This document shows positions 1 through 10,900 of a stretch of DNA of 64,000 nt, one piece after another. Below the pieces are notes generated by a model. That model was not told the DNA's origin. It saw only the letters and a list, made by a program, of their open reading frames with translations, and ran no database searches. Position numbers and translations under genes: made by a program. The DNA comes from Camelus ferus (Eukaryota). Each line of letters begins with the position of its first letter. Position 1 is the stretch's first letter. Location of the stretch: contig NC_045696.1 in the NCBI RefSeq assembly GCF_009834535.1, forward strand, positions 38,070,001 to 38,134,000, written 5' to 3'.

Positions 1-185
1 ATCCTGCTATCTCCATGTCAGAGACTGAAAGTAGCTCTGGGAGGACCAGGAAAGAACAGCAAATAGAAATCCCTAATAAATACATGAAAACTCCGGACAC
101 GAATTCCTACTTAACAGCCATTAGTTAATGGAAAAGAAGAGGCAAGAACAGGTATAAATGTGGGGGGAAAAGCAAACCAGTACTT

Positions 186-663
186 TAGTCTTACCTTGTT
201 TTACTGCACTTCACTTTACTATGATTTTTGCACTTATTTCATATTTTATAAATTGAAGGTTTGTGGCAACCCTGTATCAAGTAAGTCTAACAGTGCCATT
301 TTTCCAACAACATTTGTTCACTTTGTGTCTCTGTGTCACTTTATGGTAAATCTCTCAATATTTCAAATATTTCATTTTTTTTTTTTTTGGTGATCTCTGA
401 TCAGTGATTTTTGATGTTACTACTGCAAAAAAGATTTTGTTTTACAAAAAGCACAGGTGATGATTAGCATTTTTTAACAATAAAGTTTTTTTTTTAATTA
501 AGGTATGTGCATTGTTTTTTTTAAGACATAATGCTATTGCACACTTAATAGACTATAGTTTATTGTAAACATAACTTTTACATGCACTGGGAAACCAAAA
601 AATCATGTGACCCACCTTATTGCATTATTCATTTACTGTGATGGTCTGGAAACAAACCCATAC
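186..663 (+). mobile_element. Tigger1 internal-deletion derivative (TcMar-Tigger DNA transposon, non-autonomous)
   Basis: The 5' part (aaattgaaggtttgtggcaaccctg...gccatttttccaaca) and the 3' part (gacataatgctattgcacacttaatagacta...ctgggaaaccaaaaaat...tggtctggaa) match the two ends of the Tigger1 consensus, joined without the transposase. Confidence 0.85.
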
Positions 664-1289
664 TTTTCCCTACTTTGACTCAATATCTAGTACTTTTCCA
701 CTTCAATCCTTTGCCCCTCACATCCCTCATACTCTTCCCCTACCTTGGGGTCCATAAAACTACCAGAGCCTTTGTTGTGGCTCCCTCAACAGTGAGATGA
801 CTCACCCCTCATGTCTACCCTGATCCACCTGACCTTTGATTTGTGTACCATACCACAGGGGAAAGTGGAACAGAGAGAGTCCATGTTTTCCCCTGTTTTA
901 GCTTCTTGTTTATATCACTGTGGTAAGTGATGAAGGGCTTAACTCTTTCATTCTTTTCCCAGCTTCTCAGACACCTGACTCCCACCCTCAGCTGAGCTCC
1001 AGACACACGGCATTCACACCCTGTCAAAGTTTGCTCCAGTGTATCTTCAGGGAATCTTCTCCCTCAGCAACTTCCCCCATATCTCAGATTCAGCCACACT
1101 ATACTTGCACTAGTCTTCACATTTATTCTTTCTTATTCCTTGCTCTGTTATGCCACTGTGTAACAGAAAAATAACTGATATTGCTAAAGAACAACGTACA
1201 AATCTTCCCATCTCAGTTATATTTACCTTTATGCTGCCCCACCTTGTAAGAGCTTTAACACAGTTTTGTGTAAAATATTAGGTTACACT

Positions 1290-1415
1290 GCAATTTATAT
1301 GTCTATGTATTTCTTCTTTTAACAATGATTGAGCTCTTGTAAGCCAAGGGCTGAATCACATTTTTGTCTACATCCCTAGTTCCTAACTCAGGGCTTAGCA
1401 CAAAATAAGGCACTT
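1290..1415 (+). mobile_element. L2 3' end fragment
   Basis: Degenerate L2 tail pattern: gattgagctcttgtaagccaaggg...catccctagttccta...cagggcttagcacaaaataaggcactta. Confidence 0.55.
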
Positions 1416-3274
1416 AAAAAAAAAACAAAAAACTCTAGATTCCTAAAGAATATTTTTAGATTTCATCATAACAGTGAATTAAATGTTGTGTTTGGTAATG
1501 TGTTGAAAAGACAGATGATAGGAATAGGGAGGAATACTTGATCTTGATTGCTTAAAACATTTGTGTGAAGCACAGCTGAACCTGAATTTATTTTTCTCAA
1601 AGATTGTTATATAAAATTATAGTTGTAACATTCCTATGAATTGATGTAATTGAAAAGCTACATAATGAAAAACCCTTCCTCTATACTTCAAAGAATTTCT
1701 ATAATGCATGTGAGTGAGTTTTGAGTTTTATACATTAATTTTATGAATATTGTTGAAATAAAGCATGGTATTCATATAGCTTAGTCTTAGTCTAAAAGTA
1801 TGGTGCTTTTCTTATTTTGTTGGTAAAATCATTAAAATTATAACTTTTATTCTCAAAAATAAAAAATAATTTTGACAAACTTTTGATTTTATGCAAAGCC
1901 TAGAATTATATTAAAAGAAAATGTAATCAACTCTATTTTATATTTTGTTTTTAAATTAAAACTATAAACATGAACTTTATTTTTAAATTCCTCCTCAGAT
2001 GAACCTCTGTTACTCTTTCCTGATGTCAAATCCTATCCACTTGGTTCTTGGTCTCAAACCCCATACTTTTTTTTTTTCATTTTAAGATTTTCATATATTC
2101 TAATTTATTTTAATTTTTTTTCTCTCCTCATTCTCTGTATTTTGCTCTACTTATTCCACTTTTTCTCTCCACTGTTGTGTTCAATATCAAGATAATCAGT
2201 CACTTTTTGGAAAATCACACATGCTCATATAAGATGATATTTTTGTGTAAAAATGCTTATGTTTTAGAATGTTTTTTTTTTTAGGCAGTCTGATAATAAA
2301 TTTTCTGTTACAATCTAAAATAGTTTTAAAGCTCAATCATATGGGAAAATACATTCTCTCTCACATTTGCCATTTCTGGTTTTTGCATGTGATTCTAACA
2401 TTTGTTCTGTCACTTAGGTAATATTGACTGATCACAAAATGTAAAAACAGGAGTGTTCAAAAAAAAAAAAAAAAACCCTGTTCTCAAAGTTTCAAGTTTA
2501 GGAAGTTAAAACTCCATGTCTGCAAGTTTTTTCTATAACCATGATAAGCACAACCTAAAACAAAGGACCTCAGCACCAGAGTTCTCCTGAGGCCTGAGGG
2601 ATACCTTGAAGCTTAGTCACTCACCACAATCAGACCCCAGACTAGGTGACATCCAGTGGTAAACAAAACAAACATTATCTTAACAGCTTGAGAGTAAAGA
2701 TTTAGCAGAAGAGATTGGAGATAAGAGAAGAAGGATATCAAGAAAGGGAAAGACATGTTCAGGTTGGCAAGCCATGAGAAAGTATGGTATTTACGGAAAC
2801 AGAAAGGTCTGTTTTTTTTTCAGGCTCTTTTGTCTCTGTTTCTTTTGGGGTTGTGAGGCCCTTGGTATGTATGACAGGAACACTAAATGCAAGACTGAAA
2901 AGCAAATTAGAGAATCATTCAGCAGACTCTTCTCAAAGGGGTTTCTATAGGGTGAAGGGAATAAAAATGTTTTTCTTACCAGCAGTCTGTGATCTGGACT
3001 GCTTGTGCAAACTCGATGGTCAGAGTTAAAGAGAGAAGTGATCCCAGGCCAAGATGGGATATTTGTTGTAAGAGCACATCTCACAGCCCCTGTGTACTCC
3101 CCTGGACAACCAACCCCAGCAGCAGGGTAACAGCCTAACAGTCAAATAAGAATTAAACAATTAGTCTGACTTTTTTTGCCTGAATGGGTAAAACTAATTT
3201 TTTTCAAATTGATTTGAAATATATTGCCTTAGAGTAGGTCAGCTCAATTCTATATTGTGCTTATCTGACAGCTC

Positions 3275-3410
3275 ATTCTTTATTCACCCAGTAAATAATT
3301 TTTTAAGCTCTTACTATATGATAGTCTTTGTTTTCAATGCAGAGGCTCCAGTTAGGGATAAAACAAGCATAATTTACAAGGAAGCAAAGTAAATAAACAA
3401 AATAAATAAA

Positions 3411-3454
<44 letters not shown>

Positions 3455-3870
3455 AGAGATGGAGAGCGAAGGCATTACTAAGGAGTTACTTTAAAACTTG
3501 AAGGAAAAGAGGGAGTGAAATGTGTGGATACTGGGGAGAAGTGCATTCCAGGAGATGCAAGAGCCAGGAGCAATGCCCTGAATCATGAATGGGCCTGGCA
3601 AGTACAAGGGAACAGTAATAAGGCCAATCAGGATGAGGAGGAGGATAGCAGAGAGGAATACAGTGGAGAAAAGAAGGTAAAATTTTACCCTAAGTGATAT
3701 TCAAACTCTCTGTGGAGTTTTGAGCAGGAATGGCATCACCTTGCCTTGCTAGGACAGCTTTGGCAAGGGTGTTGCACATAGCCTTAAAAGGGAACTAGGG
3801 CGAAAAGGAGGGAAAAGTAGGAGGCTATTAGATGATAATAAAGGCCAAAGATGACAATGGCTTAGAGACT
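3275..3870 (-). mobile_element. L2 fragment interrupted by a poly(T) tract
   Basis: Purine-rich antisense L2-like text (gaagtgcattccaggag...gggcctggcaag...ggaggctatt...agatgacaatggcttag). Confidence 0.6.
3414..3452. repeat. Pure poly(T) tract, 39 nt
   Basis: Directly visible homopolymer run. Confidence 0.95.
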
Positions 3871-4284
3871 TCAACTAAGGTTAAAGAAATGCAAGGGTTC
3901 AGAAAGGGCTATTTACATTATTATAGGTAGCCAACTTGAAGAATAAAGGAAGTTCAAAAGTCCAATTAAGTTACTACCCTGATAAAGTTCAGAAAAATTA
4001 TCATGAGTCCCTTCCATGAGAAGAATCTAAAAATATGTACTCTACTCCCTTATTTAGAAGTTATTTAGAAGGAGTTAGGCTGCAAGCGTTAAAATGCAGT
4101 TGGTAAAATGACAGAAGCTCTTCTCCTCTCCTTGTTTAAATAACCGTCAAATACAAAAATGGGACATGGAGTCATGGAAAGATCAGCCTGTCTTCCAAAC
4201 TGATAGGTAATGAAGGCATCCAGAATCATAGAAATATTTTCCCTCCACAGGTTCACAGGATGTGAAGTGAAGAAGGAATAAAAC

Positions 4285-4470
4285 AGGGACTCTGAAGCCA
4301 GACCAACTGGGCTGCATGACCCCACTAGCTGTGTGACTTGAGAAAGTCATATAACATTTCCTTTTAAATCATAACCCACTGCACAGGGCTGGTTGTGCTT
4401 ATTAAACAAGTTAATATGGGAAACTATTAGAGCAAGTCCTGCAACATGGAAACAGCCATTTAAACATTAG
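4285..4470 (+). mobile_element. MIR SINE
   Basis: gactctgaagccagac...ccactagctgtgtgacttgagaaagtca core and a MIR-like tail. Confidence 0.7.
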
Positions 4471-5374
4471 TCAAAATTTTATCTTTCCTGAGGCTAAAGA
4501 GAAAAGCTTCATTGTTTAATTCATTATTTCTTCCAGAATTCAGCCTACTTTAGACCCCAGAAGAATACTATCCCTGAAGCACAGGCTGAGGGAGCAAAAG
4601 AGGAATTTAGCATTAGAGGTCAAAAATTCCTTGAAGTTAGAGATCTCACTGGAACAAACTACAGCATAGAGTTGCATAAAAATTTCCAAAATACACAGAA
4701 CTGAGATTATCATTAAAGGAAAGTGTTTTAGACCAGTACTTTACACATAGTTAACACTCTATAACTGCTTGTTTAATAAATTATATTTTTCAATTTATGT
4801 ATTTTACTTTACATATGTCTCCTTTAGACATTGATTTCATACAAAAACTCATTCTAGTCTCTTTTAAACACTAAAAAAAAATCTACTATAGTTTTTTTTT
4901 TTCCTTAAAATTTATAGAATGGGAGGTGATTTTATCAAATAAACAAAACTACTAATTTGATACATTTTCAAAAAATGTGACAAAAGTAGATCTTGTACTG
5001 GTTTTAAAATGAAGTAATTTTTTAAATGTGTTTGATTCTGACAGAAAACTGGAACTTTAATATTAGAGAAGTTGGAAACAAAATCTTTATTAGGAACCAC
5101 GCATTCATGCCAATCTATCTATAGCTCTATAATGAAAACAAGTTTGGAACTGAAGTAGAAAGCATTTGTTTAAATTTTACATATCATTGTTTCAAAGTAT
5201 TCCAACAAACAGAATATTTGTATTTTTATCTAAACTGTTATTTTTCTTTCCCATTCCCTGCGTGGTAAAGCAACATGTTGGATTATCTTTCAGAAGACAG
5301 TTAGAATGTCAGGTAGTTAAAACATTATTTTATATATATACAGATATATATACATATGTATATATATGCACACA

Positions 5375-5676
5375 AGACAATAGATTTTTACATCTATTGT
5401 CATTTAGAATTTTTTCATTTAAATTGATTTGTCCTACTTTAATCATCATTTTTGTCAAAAACAAATTACAGGATATTTAAATTTCCACAAATAGTTTGAA
5501 ATTTGCATATTTATATTTATAATCAGAGATTCAAACTTTATACCTTCATATATTTTCTTTTGCACTGACAGCACAGCAACATATCCAAGTTAACAAAATT
5601 ACATCATTCACACCAGAATTATATGCAAAAGTCTGAAGCATTACAGTAGTTTTTTTTTTAGCCTCTAATCAAATTT
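5375..5676 (+). repeat. Direct duplication, copy 1 (~300 bp; partner at ~6455-6748)
   Basis: The block tatttaaatttccacaaatagtttgaaatttgcatatttatattt...acatcattcacaccagaa...gcctctaatcaaatt recurs about 1.07 kb downstream. Confidence 0.9.
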
Positions 5677-5682
5677 CATATA

Positions 5683-5790
5683 CAGTTGAATCCTGAACAA
5701 CATGGGTTTGAACTGTGCAGGTCCAGTTATTTGTGGATTTTTTTCAGTACATACATACTACAGTACTACATGATCTGAGGTATTCCAATC
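5683..5790 (+). mobile_element. Tigger2a-like DNA transposon 5' fragment
   Basis: TA followed by cagttgaatcctgaacaacatgggtttgaactgtgcaggtcca matches the Tigger2-family terminus. Confidence 0.8.
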
Positions 5791-5799
5791 TGGAATATC

Positions 5800-6049
5800 C
5801 TGGTCAGCACAAATGGGGTAATGTGCCTAAGACCCCCTGCCTTCTCCTAAGGGACCGTAACCTTGCCTGAAATAATAGACTTTTTAGCTTCCTTTTTCCA
5901 CCTTTTTTCTGCCTACACAAATTTTCCGTTTTTTACGACTCCTTGAAGCGCCCTTCTACTTGCTGGATGGGATGCTGCCTGACTGATGAATATGTGAATA
6001 AGAGCAATTAGATCTTCAAATCTACTCAGTTGAATTTTGCTTTTTAACA
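5800..6049 (+). mobile_element. ERV1 LTR 3' part (MER34/MER39-like)
   Basis: Ends cttgctggatgggatgctgcctga...gcaattagatcttcaaatctactcagttgaattttgctttttaaca with terminal CA. Confidence 0.7.
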
Positions 6050-6454
6050 GAAAAAACTAATTTTCAGAAAAATTATTTTTATACTTTACTCATAACAAAA
6101 TTGTTTAGAACGTTTATGTTACAGTCTAAAATATAGCTGAAACACATTTATAAAAATAAATTTGTAGCTAGAAAATTGTAAGAAAATCAAATCCTATTGT
6201 TCTCTTGAATAGTTTTTAAGACATTTCTCTGAATTTTTGTTGCTTTAATTTATTCAAAAGAGAAGCCTCTTTTGGACATTTATCAGAATAGACTTAATAT
6301 CTATACAAAAATATATTTTTCCCAAACCTTAATCTGACCTTCAAATAATTTATTCTGGTGACTATACTTCAGTACTGTAGTTAACACACTTAAAGGTTAA
6401 AAATTAGCAGAAGCTTAGAGAAAGAAAAAGATATCAAATTTATACATAAAAAAC

Positions 6455-6748
6455 TTGATTTTCACATACATTTTCATTTAAGATAATTTATTTAAACTGG
6501 TTTGTCCCACCTGAGTCATCATTCTCAGTCAAAAAAATTACAGGGTATTTAAATTTCCACAAATAGTTTGAAATTTGCATATTTATATTTATAATTGGAG
6601 ATTCAAACTTTATTTACATTTTCACATATTTTCTTTTGCACTGAAGCATAGAAGTATATCTAAGTTAACAAATTACATCATTCACACCAGAACTATATGC
6701 AAAACTCTGACTCATTACAGTGCTTTTTTTAAGCCTCTAATCAAATTA
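6455..6748 (+). repeat. Direct duplication, copy 2
   Basis: Collinear with 5375-5676, with scattered substitutions and small indels. Confidence 0.9.
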
Positions 6749-7219
6749 GCAAATCTCATTTCACTTTAGCCCTATCTGCAAATAAATAACCAAATTATTG
6801 TTGAGAGGATTAACTTGTGGCAGGACAGTATGAGGAAGGGCTGTTGACCCACTTCTTGGTGAAACCGGTAAAAACTAAAAAATATAACCACTTTGGTCTT
6901 TGGCAATGGTCCTAAGGTTGATCAGCACATGAAGAACTATCTATTCAAGAAAATCAACAAAAATTTATTAAGAAAGTCAAGACTGTTTTTGAACCAGGAG
7001 CTCTCCCTCTCACTCTCCTCCCAACAGAGCGAGGTAAAGACACCACTCCAGACTGCTGCAGGCGAGAACACAGGACTCACTCTATCCCTGGAATTCAGAT
7101 GGACTTTTGTCCATGGAGGCGCAGGATATCAGCATTTCTGTTACTGAAGCTAAGTTCTGGGGCCTATCCCAAACTACAGAGCTCTGGCTCATGTATTTTC
7201 CCTATGTGGAGAAACAGAC

Positions 7220-7730
7220 TGTGAATGAAAAATACTGCAAACCATATCAGTAAACAAAGAATGCTGAAACCATCAAGTCATCAGTGGCTGCCGACACCCC
7301 CACCCCCACCCCTCCCCATGAAGACAAGCCTGCAGCCCAGCCCCTGCAGCTACTCACAATGGTGCTCTCTGAGGGGACTCAGAATAATAAAGGACAAAAT
7401 AATGGCCCTAGATAGCTAGATGCTTGTCAAAGGAATGAATTCAATGAGCCTAAATATTTGCTCCCTCCCATACATAGAAAAGCACTAAATCTTTAACTTG
7501 AGATGCCTGGTTTTCTTTAGATAACAAGTAATCTTTTATTGTTCCAACTACCTGGTCTTTGTTGTAAAGTTCCTAAATATCCTAGCTCCTCCCCTACCTC
7601 TTTGGAGCAATCCCTCAGAGCGATCTGAGAGGCTGTCATCCCGGGCTCAAAGGGGTTCTAGTCCTCAGAAATGTCCGCCAAATAAAACATAACTCTCAAC
7701 TTTTAGGCTGTGCGTTTATTTCAGTCAACA
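7220..7730 (+). mobile_element. ERV1-type solo LTR with 4-bp TSD AGAC
   Basis: TG...CA termini; AGAC at 7216-7219 and 7731-7734; AATAAA at 7681. Confidence 0.9.
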
Positions 7731-8494
7731 AGACGTTACAATATAAAAGTTCCTAATCTCTTTCCAAAGGAACTGACTTCATTTGCAACAAAGTGTAAAG
7801 AAGTTCAAGCCTAAAGGTACTCAGTAACAGTGGAGGTTATGGTGAAAGAAAATCAGTTTTCAGAATATATTTTATGGAATAAAACAGATGGGAGGAGCCC
7901 TACTTGGGTCACAACAAAAATCAAACATTGACCTCAGAACCATTCCTTAAAAGAAGCCAGAATTTGACTGAATGGGTATACAGAGCAATTTATGCCCCAG
8001 GGCATTGTTGAAAACAATACCGTAACAGCTGGCAATTAGTGGAGTTTAACCCCTGGGTGTGACCAGGGATAAACAGAAAGAGAGTCCTACCAAAGCCAAC
8101 TCAGGGTAACTGTCGCCTGCAAACCCAAATGCACCGTTCCCTGAGGAACTATGACAGAGGCTAAACAGTGTGTGTGGGTATGGGTGTGATGGAAGTGGGG
8201 CTGGAATAGATTTCACTAAATTAATTCAGTCAGTAACTAAACAAATAAACAAGCAAATAAAAATAATAACCCCAGAGAGGGAAGGGGACCAATATCCAGA
8301 GTTGCTTTACTATATTGTCTAAAATGTCCAGCTTCCAACAAAAAAATTATGACATACAAAATATACTGAAAAAACAGCAGCCAACAGAAACTGTGAGATA
8401 CCACATGTCATATTGATCAGAAAAAGATTTTAAACTAACCAATATAAATATGTTTATAGAACTAAAGGAAGCCATGATTAATGGAATAAAGGAA

Positions 8495-8958
8495 TGTGAA
8501 GGAAAAGCTGGGCTGGTCTAACAAGATAACTCACAGGTTTAGGAATGTGAAGGAGAGGCTGGGCTGGGCTAACAAGATAACTCACAAATCTAAGTATTGG
8601 AATACTGATCTGAGTTCTGCTAGACTAACTTGTAAATCTAAGTTAATTGGGGTTGGTTTGCTGTTTATGTTTTTTGCTAGCCAGCTGGATTTTCAAAGAT
8701 ACATATCTGGCTTTGGAATGTTGGTTTGCTGCCTCCCCACCTCCACTTTTGTGATGATAATGCTGCTAAAACTGTTCCATGCCTATTGGCCAAATACCCC
8801 AAGCTTGTACTTTACCCTATAAAACCTCATGCGCACGTCTTGGAGGTGCTCAGAGCTTCAGAGCAGAAGCCCCTCTGAGCCCGCCGGCATAATACATCTG
8901 AGTACTCCAACCTTCCGAGTGGTGCTTGTTTCTTGACTGGCCTGTCGTTTCCTTAACA
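8495..8958 (+). mobile_element. Young ERV1-type solo LTR with 4-bp TSD GGAA
   Basis: TG...CA termini; GGAA at 8491-8494 and 8959-8962; TATA-like ctataaaa near 8817; several CpGs retained. Confidence 0.9.
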
Positions 8959-9469
8959 GGAAGGCATGCCGACAATGTTGCATCAAATAGAGAATACCAA
9001 TAAAGCGATAAGAATGATAAAAAGAAACCACATACAAATTATCTTGTTGAAAAGTTACCGTAACAGAAATTTTAAAATTCACTAGAGAGGCAAAAGAGTA
9101 TATTTGAACTAAGAAAGAGCAACTATACTTTGAGATAGATTAATAGAAATTAGGCAAGCTGAGGAAAAGAGGAGTCTCAGAAATGCTGGACACCAATGAA
9201 GAATACCAACATGCTCATAACAGGACCATCAGAAAGAAGAGAGGTGGGGGAGGGGTTGGAACCCTGAAGAAATAATAGCTGAAAAGTCCCCAAATTTAGT
9301 GGAAAATGATAACCCACATACCTAGGAAGCTCAATCAACTCCAAATAAGGTAAGCACAAAGAAACCTACAAAGGGTTATGACACAGGAAAAATGCTGAAA
9401 GTCAAAAACAAGAAGAAATCTTTAAAATCTTTATAATTTCTTCACAAAACTCTTTGCCTTCAAAAGATC

Positions 9470-9680
9470 ATGTGTCTGGAGTCAAAAGGTTTGATTCATG
9501 TCTGAATTTGCCACTTATGAACAAGATGAGCTTTAGCGATTACTCAGCATCTTTGAGTCCCAATTTCCTCACTTACAAAATAGAGTTAATATTTTAAACA
9601 AACTTAAAATTGTTCTTAAGCTCAATGCAGAAATATATATTGAAAGACTTTTGAAAAGAATAAATGTCCTAAGCAAATAT
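9470..9680 (+). mobile_element. MIR SINE
   Basis: ctggagtcaaaaggtttgattc...gccactta...ctttgagtcccaatttcctcacttacaaaatag. Confidence 0.65.
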
Positions 9681-10399
9681 AAAATGTTTTTTTTTTTCTT
9701 TTGATTTTAAGTGAAAATGTGGGAATTTTTAACTAAGCATCTAGATTATGCCAATTCACCCTCTGGAATTGCTTCACTGTATAAACACAACCTAAAGTAG
9801 ATAACTGACAGAAATAAAGAGGCCTTTTTCTGCACTATAAAAACAATTATTCTTTTTAAAAAGACACAATTTGTACAGGCAAAGAAAATACATTAGCGAT
9901 AGTTGAACAAGCACTAGTTCAATAAGCTCTAACTCAAGCACTTAAGGACTTGAGTATTTTACTATTACCAGTGCAATTATAAAATATGCCAGGGGCTTCT
10001 AAAAAGTCATGCTTATACTCATGTTGATCAATTTCTTTTAAAGCAAAGCATATCTCTGTCTCTTTTTTTATATAAAACTAGTAAGAAAAAGAAACGGTAT
10101 TTTGAATAAATAAAATTTATATTGATAATACTTTGATATGAACTTACTATTATCTATATAATATAATAATGACGTGCTGTCACCTGTATTTTATATATAT
10201 CTGAAAATTTGTGACAGAAGTGACATATGTGAAGAGACATAGATTCATGGAAATTAACTAGGTTATGGTTTTTTAGAAACTGGTGGAAATCAGCATTCTG
10301 TTTCAGCAAAGTAGCCAAATGCTTATAGAGATGATTTCAATTTTAAGACACAGTTAGTTTAGTTTCAATTATGATAATTCCTGAGAATAATGTACCAGA

Positions 10400-10900
10400 T
10401 AGCAATGCTTGTAAGCAAAGTGAATAAAAGGAGCAGGGATTTAAATAAGGCTGAAGGGGTAAAATTTTTCCTCATATAAAAAAGAAATTTGAAGGTAGGC
10501 TGTCCCAAATATTCAAATAAGCCTCTTTAGACATCATCTAGACTCTACATTTTTCTTTCTGTCTTTGTCTCCAGTATTTTTTGTTCCATGGCTGCAGGTT
10601 AACTCCAGATCCTAGTATGATGAATGATGAAGACACTCAGAAGCAGGAATGGGGTGGAGTCAAAAGCAAATGGGACTTTTATCTCATTTATCAATGAGAG
10701 TAAGAAAAATATTCCAGCTGACTTTCCTTTACAGGTCCACCTAATATGTCAGAACTGGAACCATGGCCAACTTTAGGTGCAACTCAGCAGAAAATATAGT
10801 TAGTCTTATATTTTTGCCTTAATATTTAAAGATTAGCCATTGAGAATTATGTGGGAATAGCTAGCTCTTGGATTATCTAACCAATAATGTTCAGCAAAAG
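10400..10900 (-). mobile_element. Old MaLR LTR (MLT1J/K-like)
   Basis: Degenerate antisense MLT1 motifs (tgtcagaactggaccatggccaactttaggtgcaa). Confidence 0.45.

Larger units (their letters stand above)
6813..9420 (+). mobile_element. Old L1M 5' UTR plus decayed ORF1, interrupted by two solo LTRs
   Basis: A-rich ORF1-like text (aaggaagccatgatt...atcaaatagagaataccaataaag...gaagctcaatcaactccaaataag) reads through once the LTR at 8495-8958 is removed. Confidence 0.75.

Noticed and set aside
2480..2555. Minus-strand terminal exon after a ctttgttttag acceptor
   Set aside because: All three frames stop within about 20 codons and give no recognisable peptide.
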